From NCBI GenBank assembly GCA_965277715.1, contig OZ255836.1:32001-96000 (forward strand): a DNA stretch of 64,000 nt, read 5' to 3'. This document shows, piece after piece, positions 9,764 to 20,503 of the stretch. How positions within the stretch are numbered: the stretch's first letter is position 1; each line of letters begins with the position of its first letter. This stretch comes from Gammaproteobacteria bacterium (GTDB taxonomy: Bacteria > Pseudomonadota > Gammaproteobacteria > JBCCGL01). The position numbers and the translations under genes were made by a program. Under the pieces are notes generated by a model that saw nothing but the letters and a program-made list of their open reading frames with translations, searched no databases and was not told where the DNA came from.

Positions 9764-10588
9764 GATTTTTTTACGCAAAGTGATCTGATCAAACTCGTTC
9801 AAAATAGTCTTGTGGAATCGTTCGCAAATACCGTTGGTCTGAGGTGACTTGATCTTGGTTTTAGTGTGTTCAATATCATTCAGAGCCATATAAAGCTGAT
9901 AATCATGTTGATCCGCACGCCCACAATACTCGGTGCCTCTATCGGTCATAATTCGCAGCATAGGAAGGCTGTGTTCTTCGTAGAACGCCAGCACCTGATC
10001 ATTGAGTATATCCGCTGCGGTAATAGGAGTTTTGGTCGTATAGAGTTTGGCATGGGCTACCTTGCTATAAGTATCCACAAACGTTTGTTGATAAACACGA
10101 CCAATGCCCTTAAAGGTGCCAACGTAATACGTATCTTGAGAGCCTAGATACCCTGGATAGGCAGTTTCTATTTCACCACAAACCTCATCATCGTCTTTCT
10201 TTCGCTCCATGGCGGCGACCTGTGATTCGGTCAGAATCAAACCCTCTGAGGCCACTTTTTCACAAAGCGCTTTTAAGCGATGTTTAAAACAGGCTAGACC
10301 ATGCCGTAGCCAGATACCTCGCACACCACTAGTGTGATACAAAAATTCCCCGTTTACGTCATTCATTACTGGTGCGAGTTTGCCCATGAGCGGGTTCTTC
10401 AAGTGCAGAGTCCAACACGACATTTTCAATGCTCGGATCAACACGGTTTTTGAGGGTGGGGCTACGTCGATTACGATCCAATAATGCTTCAACTCCTCCT
10501 TCATCGTTAGCGGCTTTGTAGCGATAAAAGGTATCGCGTGATAAGCCCATCATTTTGCAGGCTTTCGTAAGCGCCCTTAAATCAGCCT

Positions 10589-11919
10589 CTATTCCAAGGT
10601 AATGTCCAAAACGACATGCCAAGGTAGCAAGGCCTCTATCTTTTCAAGAGTATCCGCACTGCCGATATGATTAAGGACGTGCAGTATGTACGCATAGGGT
10701 TCAAGCCCATTAGCTTTGGCCGTTTCGATCAATGAGTAACATGTGGCACTGGCATGGGCGCCACGGGTTGAATCGGCAAACAACCAGGCTTTTCTACCCA
10801 CGGCAAAAGGCCTAATAGCATTTTCAGCCAGCACGTTGCTGATGTGTAACCGTCCATCATCACAGTAGCCTGTGAGGGTATGCCATTGATTCAGTGCATA
10901 GTCCATGGCGTTTTTTGCTGCTCGCACACCCCGTTATACCCTGAATAGCCATCGACTTGCAGAGTGCCTTGAAAATCTTCCAATAAGCGTTGCGGCACTT
11001 CACCCGAACGAGAAGGGTCGTATTCAAATAACACACTGGGCTGGTCTGGAGGGCCACTCCGCGTTAGCCACATCCATTTATCGGATTGGGCAGTTTTGCC
11101 ATTTTCTTTGAGTACCTGGATACGCGTTTCGTCCATTTGCACATAATCACCGTCATTTTGACTTTCCCGCAGCAAGGTCATCAGGGGTTTAAAAACCGCT
11201 TCCAGGCGAATCATCCAATTGGCCATGTTGGTGCGGCTCACGGCATGTCCATAACGCTTTAAAATACTTTCCTGGCGATACAAGGGCAATCCATCGGCGT
11301 ATTTGGACACCATGATGTTGGCGAGCAGGGCCGTGCTGGCAAAGCACTTACCTAAAGGGTGTATGGGGCGTTGCGCGGCGATAATGTGATCATCACCTGC
11401 GTAGCTGAAGACGGCCTTTTCTTGCCAGTACTCCAAAACGTTGAGTTGTGCGGGAATGTATTGGAGTTCTTCTTTGACTTTAACGAAGAAAGTACGTGTA
11501 GCACCTGCTTTTTCCTCATCGCTTAAGGCCAGCTCAACGCGCACACGGGGTAAACGGTTGGAGAAGCCGCGTTGACGTTTTTTCTTGTTCGTGGTCGTAG
11601 GCTGAGGTAACAACTCATCCGGTAGCTGGCTATCAATGTCGACAATGGCTTGTTCGAGTTCCGCTTCATCAAACAAGTCGATTTGGAAGGCAAGCTTTTC
11701 GCTGTTAGCACCGAACCTCTGAACCTTGGAAAGACGCAACCGTTCTTCCAGCAAACGAATGTAGTGATCGCGGTTTTTAATGGTGTTTTTGTGACGTTGA
11801 ATAATTTGGTTATGGTGCGTTAATTCGGCTTCTTTTTCTGCCAGCACGATCACTAATTCAGCCGCCGTTAAGCCGATGTAATCGTGTTGTTTTTGTTGAG
11901 TTTTCGATGCCAAAACCAT
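10589..11919 (-). pseudogene. tnpC: IS66 TnpC with an internal deletion and frameshift near 10920
   Basis: DET, DGYSGY, then a jump to AMDYALNQW..ISNVLAENAIRP in another frame. Confidence 0.85.
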
Positions 11920-11986
11920 CGCGTAATAATACCAAATAACCGTCTAAAGATCATTAAAATTAAACACTTTCCCACTATTTAGCAGG

Positions 11987-12355
11987 CTAAAAAACAGATT
12001 CGTAATGCAAGACTTTGTGGCCTTTCATTGCGGCTAAATCATAGCCATCAAGCAACCAATTTATTTTTGTGCCGGTCAGTGAAATGATTTCCTCGTCAAG
12101 GCTAGGCCACTTAAATTGCTCTTCGGCCAAGGCTTTGTAATACAGTACAAAACCGTTGTCCTCCCACATCAGACATTTGATTTTGTTGCGGTGCCTGTTG
12201 GTGAACACATATAGACCACCATCAAACAGGTTGTGGCCAAGCTCTCGCTCAACAATGGCCGCAAGGCCATTGCTTTGCTTACGAAAGTCCACCGCCTCTC
12301 GGTATAAAAACACCTGCGCAATATCGAGCGATGGTCGCAAATAACGGGCCGTCAT
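11987..12355 (-). CDS. tnpB: IS66 accessory protein TnpB (Orf2)
   Basis: VDFRKQSNGL..VFTNR..KIKCLMWEDNGFVL. Confidence 0.9.
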   Translation of the reverse strand: MTARYLRPSLDIAQVFLYREAVDFRKQSNGLAAIVERELGHNLFDGGLYVFTNRHRNKIKCLMWEDNGFVLYYKALAEEQFKWPSLDEEIISLTGTKINWLLDGYDLAAMKGHKVLHYESVF

Positions 12356-13351
12356 AATTGCGCCAGTAACGCGCTAACTAACGTCACGTTAGCGGCGGTA
12401 ATGCCAGAAATGGCACAGCCATTGGCCAGCGTAAAACACAAACCCGGATCAGCCCTTTGCCTATCAGCCACCATCACTTGGGTAAAGCCTGCTACAGGCA
12501 TGTTACTCTGCACTGCTTGCATGGGTGTACCACTAGAATCCTACCAGGAAGCTAATAACGCAATGAATAACACCTGAAAAGAGCCGCCATAAGCTACAAA
12601 TAGTATTTTTTATAATATTTGTACTGTTTTTTTATAAACCGATAACACGCTTTATAATTCATAAAATAAATAAAATTATCCAAAAAAACACTTGCATTCA
12701 CCAGCAGAATTTTTTTTAAAATACCCATTTAATATCTGATTAAATGGGCAAATTGAATATGAACGAAATGATGACCGTTGAAGAATATATCACCGAACAC
12801 TGTAAAATAAGTATGGAAAAAGCAATTGCTGCTGAATGCTTCCCTTTATGGAAAAGATCATGCGATGCCATTGATGACGTAGCTTTTTCTCGACATGGGT
12901 TACTTCGCTGTATAAGTCTTGTACATAGTGGTCGTCACTATCTACAGGTTACGGATGAAATATACGACGAGACAATTTGTCATTCAAGCTATTTTAACGC
13001 ATTGAAGTCGACAAGACGGATGAAGATGATGCAAGCCATGGAAAAGCAAAGCTATCAACTGCAAAGTGAGAAATTATCTTCTTTGGACATTGATTATTTA
13101 AAACAATTTCCTGAACTTGAAGAATATCGAGTAGAAGCAGCTGATGGTCATTTTATACAGCATGCTTGTCACACAGAGAAAAATCGTCAGGGCAACGTCT
13201 TCGCAGCAGGCTTTATTCATGCCTTGAACCTCAGAAATGGACTTCTAAGACCACTTTGTGTCGTGACTAACGGTACTGAACGACACCAGGAAATACCCGC
13301 GTTACGTTCTTATATTGAACACGGTGTTTGTCAAGGTAGTTGTCCGTTTTA

Positions 13352-14431
13352 CTATGCTACTTGCTTTTCAATTCCATTATGCTTTTGTCTCATGGCCAAG
13401 CCTTCCTTTTCCGGGTTTAACCACACCCCCGATACCGGTTCGAGGTGTTTAATATCCTGGTTCCAGCGTTCAGGGTGTTTGGCCTTTGCTTGTTCATAAA
13501 CTGCTTTTCTGGCTGCCAGTATCGCGTGATCTTCGCCTTTATGACGTGAGGTTGGTGTCACAAACCCAATGCCGCTATGGCAATGAGAGTCGTTGTACCA
13601 TTGCACAAATCCATGCACCCAGTTTCGGGCAGAGGCTAAACTATCAAATGGCTTTGACGGATAGGCAGGCGTGTATTTTAAGGTTCTAAACAGACTTTCT
13701 GAATAAGGATTATCATCGCTTACCGATGGCCTGCTAAACGAAGGTATCACACCCAACCATTGCAGTTTTGCTAACATGGTAGCACCTTTCATTGGGCCAC
13801 CATTATCCGCGTGTAATACCAATTGACTCTGGCTGCACCCCTCCGCTAAACAGGCACGCTGGATCAGCGCCGCTGCCAGATCAGCCGATTCACTGTCATG
13901 CACTTCCCAGGCAACAATTTTACGACTGTAAATATCCATCATCATGTAAAGCCGGTAAAACCACCCGGTTATGTTCGATTTCAAAAAGGTAATATCCCAA
14001 GACCACACCTCGTTTGGCCTTGATGCCAGGTAGCTGTTAGGTTTGTGCCGTTTTTTAGGCGCCGCCGCCTTACCTCGCCGCTGCAGTTGGTTTTCCGACT
14101 TTAACACCCGATAGAAGCTTGACTCTGACCCAATATACACACCTTCATCCGCCAATTTGGGCACAATTTGCGAGGGGGGTAGCGCTTGGTATTTCGCTTC
14201 ATTACAAGTGGTGACGATCAATGCCCGCTCTTCTGTTGTGAACTTATTACCAGGCGCCTGTCGATGGGCAGTGGGTCTGCCATCAGCACGGACAGTACCC
14301 GCGTTTGCCCAGCGTCGGTACGTCTTAGGGTGTAACTCAAGCACTTTGCACGCTTTGCCTAATGTAGCGCCAGCAACAACGGCCTCTTTGATTAAACGGA
14401 TACTATTTTGGCGATCTGAATGGCAGGTCAT
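13352..14431 (-). CDS. Element A OrfB (DDE integrase core)
   Basis: WSWDIT, HADNG, SDDNPYSESLF. Confidence 0.9.
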   Translation of the reverse strand: MTCHSDRQNSIRLIKEAVVAGATLGKACKVLELHPKTYRRWANAGTVRADGRPTAHRQAPGNKFTTEERALIVTTCNEAKYQALPPSQIVPKLADEGVYIGSESSFYRVLKSENQLQRRGKAAAPKKRHKPNSYLASRPNEVWSWDITFLKSNITGWFYRLYMMMDIYSRKIVAWEVHDSESADLAAALIQRACLAEGCSQSQLVLHADNGGPMKGATMLAKLQWLGVIPSFSRPSVSDDNPYSESLFRTLKYTPAYPSKPFDSLASARNWVHGFVQWYNDSHCHSGIGFVTPTSRHKGEDHAILAARKAVYEQAKAKHPERWNQDIKHLEPVSGVWLNPEKEGLAMRQKHNGIEKQVA

Positions 14432-14922
14432 TCGTCCTCTACCTCCCCCCAGATCGCTTGGGCCTTTTTTCTAAGCACCTGCAAAGCGGCTGTTTCGGCT
14501 AACGCTTTCTCCTTTCGGTGCAGGTCTTGTTCGAGACGTTTAATACGTTTATCCGCTTCTCTACGACTGGTTTGTAAACGTTTCGTTTGGGCGCGATCCC
14601 AGTCATTGGCTTGTTCACAAGCCATTCGCCACGCCTTAATCTGATCAGGGGACAAACCACGATGACGGCAATAAGCTGAAAGGTCTGTTTCGCTTAATGA
14701 CGCACTTTCCAGAACCGCTGCAAACTTATCCGAAGAACCCCAACCTGCTGGTGTCAAATCGCCATCTGGCATGAGTTCGCCTTTCGCTCTTGCTTGGGCT
14801 CGCCAACTATAAAGCGTGCCTTGTGCAATGCCTTCTTCTTTGGCTAACTGGGAAATTGTTTGGTTATTTGGCGGCAGCATCTTCTTTAAAACAGCGGCCT
14901 TTCTTTCTACTGGATAACGCAT
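14428..14922 (-). CDS. Element A OrfA (HTH)
   Basis: MRYPVERKAAVLKKMLPP..LAETAALQVLRKK. ATGA overlap with orfB. Confidence 0.85.
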   Translation of the reverse strand: MRYPVERKAAVLKKMLPPNNQTISQLAKEEGIAQGTLYSWRAQARAKGELMPDGDLTPAGWGSSDKFAAVLESASLSETDLSAYCRHRGLSPDQIKAWRMACEQANDWDRAQTKRLQTSRREADKRIKRLEQDLHRKEKALAETAALQVLRKKAQAIWGEVEDE

Positions 14923-15996
14923 ACCACTCTCTCTTTGCCTCCTGTAATAACTTATTGAATCCCAATTTAGGGAGGGGGACAACTACCCTGACACAGGGGG
15001 AACAACGTTGTGGCGAAAAAGAGACTTGGCAAAAGCATCTCTATATATACGATAAGGCGGTGACTGATTATGCATGGTGGGAAAAACAAAAACAGCATCA
15101 GAATTTTATGATTTCAGTACTCAAAGAAAATGCAGTTGCAACTTTTGTCAACTCTATACCCTATGACCAGGGTAGTGAAATTAATACAGGGGTTGAAGGC
15201 TATAGTGTATATAAAAATAAAAAGGTCCAATTTCATATTGTTAAATACCGCGACCCAGAAACAGGTCAATTACATCAATTTATTTCAACGCTACCAGAGT
15301 CAATTAACCAAGGCACTATTGCTATGCTCTATTACAAGCGTTGGACGATAGAAAAATCATTCAACAATAGCAAAAGTGATTTCACCGAAAGAAAAGCCTG
15401 GTCTTCAAACCTGAATGCGCTGAACAGTCAAATGCGTTTTACTGCCATGGCCTATAATATCATGCGTATTTTTGAAGAAACATCAAAAACAAAGAACCTG
15501 GAATGTATTCATCCATCTGATAAAAAATACACTAAAATACACTAAAATGCTTGATAAGAGACAACAAATTGCCCAGAAAAAAGGCAGCTTTGTTAATCCA
15601 TTGTTTTTTTACGCTAGAATTACCCGTATATGCTCATTCACCATCCGCTCTCTGCAAAATGCAATAATGACAAGAAAGTCCCTTAGAACTATTATGCATA
15701 GCTTAGTGAGGCATTTAAAACCTCGACAGCCAGGAATTTTGAAACACTGATGACTGCTTGAATAGTTTTACGGGAACATTTACGGCTCCAATAGTAAAAC
15801 GGCTTCAAGTGGATGCCGTTATCCTGGCAAAACTGCGCACCACTCAAACCGGATGCTTGCCATTGTTCAATTTGATTGCGCCAGTACGACGCGCGTTCTT
15901 TATTACTCATACTACACCTAGCGGGTATTGGGTTGCTGTGGTGCAGTGTGAAGGGCGATCAGAGTAATTGGTAGACGCCTATTCTTTGGCGCTTAC

Positions 15997-16230
15997 AGAT
16001 TGATTACCAAGACGCCAGAGCCAAACACTTACCCCTACCAGGAAAGCGAACGCAGGCGCAGAGTAGCTTTCCATATCGATCCAATAGAACAGTAGCCCAT
16101 CAGTAACCGTGCCCAACTCGCGCAAGGCATACCAATCTGACCAGTAATAGACAAAATGTCCCTGGATCATAAATAAAATCGCCAATGCTCTCACTACATC
16201 AATCCAAATGAACCTATCTCTATCCAATGT
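15997..16230 (-). pseudogene. N-terminus of a membrane acyltransferase-like protein (DUF1624/HGSNAT-like), truncated by IS66
   Basis: RFIWIDVVRALAILFMIQGH..APAFAFLVGVS motif. Confidence 0.65.
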
Positions 16231-16253
16231 AATATTCCTGTTTGTTGAAATTC

Positions 16254-18880
16254 TTACTGTGCATCGGCAATCAGGTCGATTCGCGAAAAAAATACCCCAC
16301 ATAACAGCATAGACGCACACAGCATTACTATCGGCCACGAACCCCAGCGAGTATAAAACGTACCACCAAAACGCGGTTTTACCTCACCGTACACACTGTA
16401 TTGGCCAACAGTTGGCCCACGGTTAATCAACACACCATTGTGAGCAATCACGGCAGAAAGGCCCTTGTTACTTGAGTAAAGCGCCGGTTTTTGGCTTTCT
16501 ATAGCCCTTACCCGTGCATTCAGCAACAAATACGAGGCGACCCAGCCTCCGCTAAACCAACCAACATCGCTGGTGTGAACATGCAGGTGGGAACCATGCA
16601 GGCGGTCGCGTAATTCATCGCCGAACAGCACCTCAAAACAAATTGACGCCGCAAGCCTAAGCTCCTGGTAATCGACAGAACCCGTTTGACCCGTCCCTGG
16701 CACCAAACGACTCATATAGGCGTTAGGCAACAGCGTAGACACCCACGAAAACCACGTGGGAGAATATTCACCAAAAGGTATTAAGTGTTGTTTTCTGTAA
16801 CTGGCTTCACCGGTACTCGCGTCGATAATCGCATTGTACTTGCGCTCGCCATCCTGTAAATAGCCGCCAAACAATACTGCAGAGGCTCCCGCTGAAAAAG
16901 ATATCCGTTGATGTACAGGGAAAATGCAAAGCTCGCGTTTATCAAGGGAAGCCGTGTCCGTCACCGGTTGAACGGCTGTTCTGATTATGGCTTGATTTTC
17001 CTGAAAAACCTCACCTAGGCACACCCAGTCACAGCCATCGTTCAAGAGGTGTCGATGGGGATGATCGTGGGTTTGAGTTGGCCGACAACCCCTCGGTATA
17101 AAACCACCCAATCGGGAATCAGGAAGCTGGCAAACAAGCTACGCAGCCGACGCCAAAAGCGCGTTTTGCTCAGCGCCTTGTCCAGCGCATGCTGAAATAG
17201 ACCACAACAGCGTTGCTGGATTTGGTCGATCAAAAAGGCCAACATCATGAGGTGCATGAGCACCGTGGTGAGGTGGCGATGGCCGTGACCGTAGTTGTGC
17301 TCAAAGTGATAGCCTTGGTTCTTCAGGGTGTTAAACGTCTCATTCTCAATGCGCCACCGCGCCCGCCCTGCTCGTATGAGCATCGGTGCATTGTTGGCAT
17401 CGATTTCGATGTCGGTGACCCAGGCAAAGTGCTGTGTTTTACCCTTCGGTGAGGTTTCCCAGTACTCCAGGAAATTCACCTCCAGGTCAAAATGGGTCTC
17501 ATTGAGCGGCACACCATTGAGCGCACGATAACGGGAGGTATACCCGCGCTTATCGGTATCCGTGTGCTCGGCCACCCCGGTGGTTTTGTCAACCCAGTCG
17601 AACAAAAACCTATGATCGCTTTCTTTAGCGAGGGATATTTCAAACCAAACACCGCCAATCCACTCATCAAATGATCCACGAGGGGAATCTGGCAGCGCGT
17701 TTTGTGTTCGGGTATTGCCTCAAAGGCCCGTCGGACCAGGGACAATAGCCCTGGAATACTGACATCCTGGCGAAACACGGTTCTGGGCATCGGGAGAACT
17801 CCAAGCGATTGGCTTGGCGTCACAGGATAACCAAAAACAGATTAAATGTTTACGAAAACTTATTTCAGCACTTTCTCAGATACCGCGTTTTTACTGGGTG
17901 GCTGGGGTATTCAAACCTATAACGGGAAGTGCTGACAATACTGTAGTGCCCATTTTCGCGAGCCGCGAAAAACTATCGGTAAATGCGTCAGCAAGCTGCC
18001 GATAATCAGTGCTGGCAGTAGATTCCGGCCATAAACTGATATCCGGTAAAGGGGCCTGCCCGGCCAGTGCAGCGTAATGCTTTATATGGCGCACAACATC
18101 TGCCCGACTGTCCTTTTCACCCAAATCAAAATCACCTTGTATAACTTGAACGTTAAGGGGCTTGACGTTGAGCGGCTGCGTCCACTGAACCTGGCGTAAA
18201 CTGAAAACGATAAAAGCCAAACACGCCAAACCGCAGCACGCCATCACCAACGTATTCCAGCGCAGCCTAGTCAGCACCAGACACAACAGACCAACACCAA
18301 AATACAACAGTAAACTCAACCCCAGGATGCCTGTAAGTGGCAACAACGAATTAAACCCCCGGTCTACGAGCAGGTAACCCGCCTGTTGCCAGGGAAACCC
18401 TGTCCAAAGCCAACTGCGTATCCACTCGCTAAGGCATGCACTAGCAGGCAATATGCCCAACCACCACCACGCACTTTTCCGCTGTACAAACGTAAAACGG
18501 GTGACAATACTGGCTATAAGCACATAATACATAGCCTGAAGCAGAATAATGCTCAATATAAGTGCCCCGGTAGTCCATTTTCCATGGCCTTCAAAGTGCG
18601 AGGCAATATCAAATAACCAATACAAGCCACACAAAAAGTAACCAATACCAAAGATACCAGCCAACATCAGCGCGTGTCGATAACGACTAATCTGTAGTAA
18701 CCGGTAAAGAAGCACATGGCCAAGCAGCCACAACCAGAAATAGGCGTTGTATTGAAATGCCAAAGCTGCACAAACACCGCTAATAAACGCTATGGCGACA
18801 GCCGGTATAAAGCCAATTGATTGCAGTGAAGTCGATTTTATTAAAGCCACAACCCAAACCTGGTTTCTACTGTTATGCAA
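16254..18880 (-). pseudogene. lnt: Apolipoprotein N-acyltransferase (Lnt) homologue split by an IS
   Basis: TGFPW, WPES, YRKQHLIPFGEY, ICFE. The halves rejoin as MGTTVL-FGGYL across a 9-bp TSD. Confidence 0.85.
16880..17934 (-). mobile_element. ISNCY/IS4-like DDE element with an internally deleted transposase
   Basis: TSD ACAATACTG at 16871-16879 and 17935-17943. Ends CAGAGGCTCCCG / CAGCACTTCCCG. GRARWRIENETFNTLKNQGY motif. Confidence 0.85.
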
Positions 18881-19065
18881 GCTAACTCCACACTCAATTG
18901 AAAATAAACCTAATGCCGTTTACTCTATAACAGTTAGGTAGTTACACTTATAAGTATTTTTTTCGCCAACCTGCAAAAAAGAACTTTTTGGTTGTACAAA
19001 ATGTCAAATTATGCATAATTACACTTGCAGTTTAACAAAATTTATTTTAGAGGAGATTTAATACA

Positions 19066-19404
19066 ATGTTTAATAGGATGCTTATATTAGCTACATTACT
19101 TTTATCATCCAATACGGCTTGGGCCATTTCTTCCGAAACCGGAAAAATAACAACACTTCACATTGGAGAAGGTGGCGTTTACGTTTCTGTCTACCTTGAT
19201 GGTACCGATGACAATAGCCAATGTTCAGGAGGGGCCAGATGGACAATACATATAAGTGACCCAATGTTTGAGGGTAAATACTCCACTCTTTTAGCGGCAC
19301 ATATCTCGGGAAAAACCATCGGTCTTAGGCATCTAAGTTCTACATGCGGCCTATATTCAGGTAATATTATCGAGCTGATTAGTTTTCCCAGGCAAAGCCA
19401 ATAA
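19066..19404 (+). CDS. Small secreted hypothetical protein
   Basis: GAGGAG RBS, signal peptide ending AWA, two Cys. Confidence 0.75.
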   Translation: MFNRMLILATLLLSSNTAWAISSETGKITTLHIGEGGVYVSVYLDGTDDNSQCSGGARWTIHISDPMFEGKYSTLLAAHISGKTIGLRHLSSTCGLYSGNIIELISFPRQSQ

Positions 19405-19450
19405 ACAGAATTCAGTTCAAAGTTTTAAAAAAATTCACAATCGGATAATC

Positions 19451-19474
19451 ACCGGGGGTAATCTAACCCCCGGT
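19451..19474 (+). terminator. Hairpin, probable intrinsic terminator
   Basis: ACCGGGGGT-aatcta-ACCCCCGGT downstream of the gene. Confidence 0.55.
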
Positions 19475-19536
19475 TTCGACAGAGAAACATCAAGTATTAA
19501 AGACAAGTTGCTGACAGCAGTATACAGCTACTTTGC

Positions 19537-19656
19537 GGGGAAGATTCACCTATTGCTGTGATTTACCAAACTGCTGTTGTACAAACCCGTGTTTTTCAAC
19601 CACATTATGACCGTAGTAGCATCATGGTTTTATAACGGTAATGTGGCACGCTACAA
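19537..19656. repeat. Module A (~120 bp), copy 1; copy 2 at 26458-26578
   Basis: Direct repeat ending AATGTGGCACGCTACAA. Confidence 0.9.
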
Positions 19657-19831
19657 TTAACCCATGACATCATAAGGGGCAACCTACGAGAGTATCGTGG
19701 TCAGCCGACGTTATCGTACGGGTATGATATAGATGGGTAAAATGTCAGATTTTAATAGGGTAAAAATATTTTTTGTTATGATCAGAGTGTGGCAAAAACG
19801 TCGGGAAACTGAACAATATTATGATCGATAA

Positions 19832-19868
19832 TTTGGGAATTTATACGATCAGAAAATGGCACGCTACA
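19832..19868. repeat. Module B (37 bp), copy 1; copy 2 at 23403-23439
   Basis: 32/37 identical. Ends TGGCACRYTACA. Confidence 0.85.
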
Positions 19869-19945
19869 TAAGACTGCAACTATTCCTTCATGCACATAAC
19901 GATTTTTCCTTGCAATGCGAGGCGAACCATATAAGTTACATTTTA

Positions 19946-20491
19946 TTAGTCAATTTCCGAAGAATCCCCTTTATATTCCTCGGTTGCTAGACCCCATTTA
20001 TTCGAGTTATTAAAATTTAAATTTTGTAGCTCCTTGGAAATATTGTAACACTCATTGTATTCAACCTCTCTCCTACTTAGTTTTTTCCAGCATTTAGCAA
20101 CAAAAGTATTCGTCTCTACGACTTCAAAGTTACCAAGCCTATACACCTCTTCAAGCATGTATATTGAAAGAGCATCATTTTTTGATGCCAAAAAATTTAA
20201 TATCCCCAATATTTTTATTTCACGTTTATACAAATTTTCCCCTAATAAATTTTTTTTATCATAAGCCAATATCAATGCCGACCAACTAAGGGACTGAGTG
20301 TGGCCTGCCATTGCACACGGAAGAAGTGCTTTATACAATTTCTCATAATTTCCTTGATCAAAAAATCTTTTAATCTCCTGATCATATATTATATTTCCAC
20401 AAGAACTCTCTAGCTTTTTGTAACTAGAATAACTAGGAGAAAAAAATAAAACTTGCAGTACAAATAAAAACGATATCAAAAAAAATTTCAC
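19946..20491 (-). CDS. Putative exported immunity protein for the metallopeptidase tip
   Basis: Directly downstream of the toxin tip. Signal peptide, four Cys, AT-rich, loosely Sel1-like helices. Confidence 0.65.
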   Translation of the reverse strand: MKFFLISFLFVLQVLFFSPSYSSYKKLESSCGNIIYDQEIKRFFDQGNYEKLYKALLPCAMAGHTQSLSWSALILAYDKKNLLGENLYKREIKILGILNFLASKNDALSIYMLEEVYRLGNFEVVETNTFVAKCWKKLSRREVEYNECYNISKELQNLNFNNSNKWGLATEEYKGDSSEID

Positions 20492-20503
20492 ATTCCGACT
20501 CCA

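Larger units (their letters stand above)
8221..10566 (-). pseudogene. IS481-family transposase and right end, split by ISL3 and 5'-cut by IS66
   Basis: SQDTYY, TDRGTEY, SPQTNGICERF. RKKI at 9764 resumes as YQSMEEL..GRTPMETL below 8437. Contains internal stops and a frameshift near 10335. Confidence 0.85.
13322..15000 (-). mobile_element. IS3-like element A, complete (1679 bp)
   Basis: 4-bp TSD AACA at 13318-13321 and 15001-15004, defined against the uninterrupted IS4 copies. Subterminal IR TGTCARGGTAGTTGTCC. Confidence 0.9.
12520..15752 (+). mobile_element. IS4-like element, copy 2, interrupted by element A
   Basis: 8-bp TSD ACTGCTTG at 12512-12519 and 15753-15760. Confidence 0.9.
10567..15996 (-). 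mobile_element. IS66 element (tnpA-tnpB-tnpC) carrying nested IS4-like and IS3-like insertions
   Basis: GTAAGCGCC IRs at 10567 and 15996. tnpA is split into 15753-15910 and 12352-12519. Confidence 0.9.

Noticed and set aside
12744-15545. The 251-aa ORFs 12744..13499 and 14790..15545 (and 4452..4898) as independent genes
   Set aside because: They are chimeric read-throughs across IS junctions.
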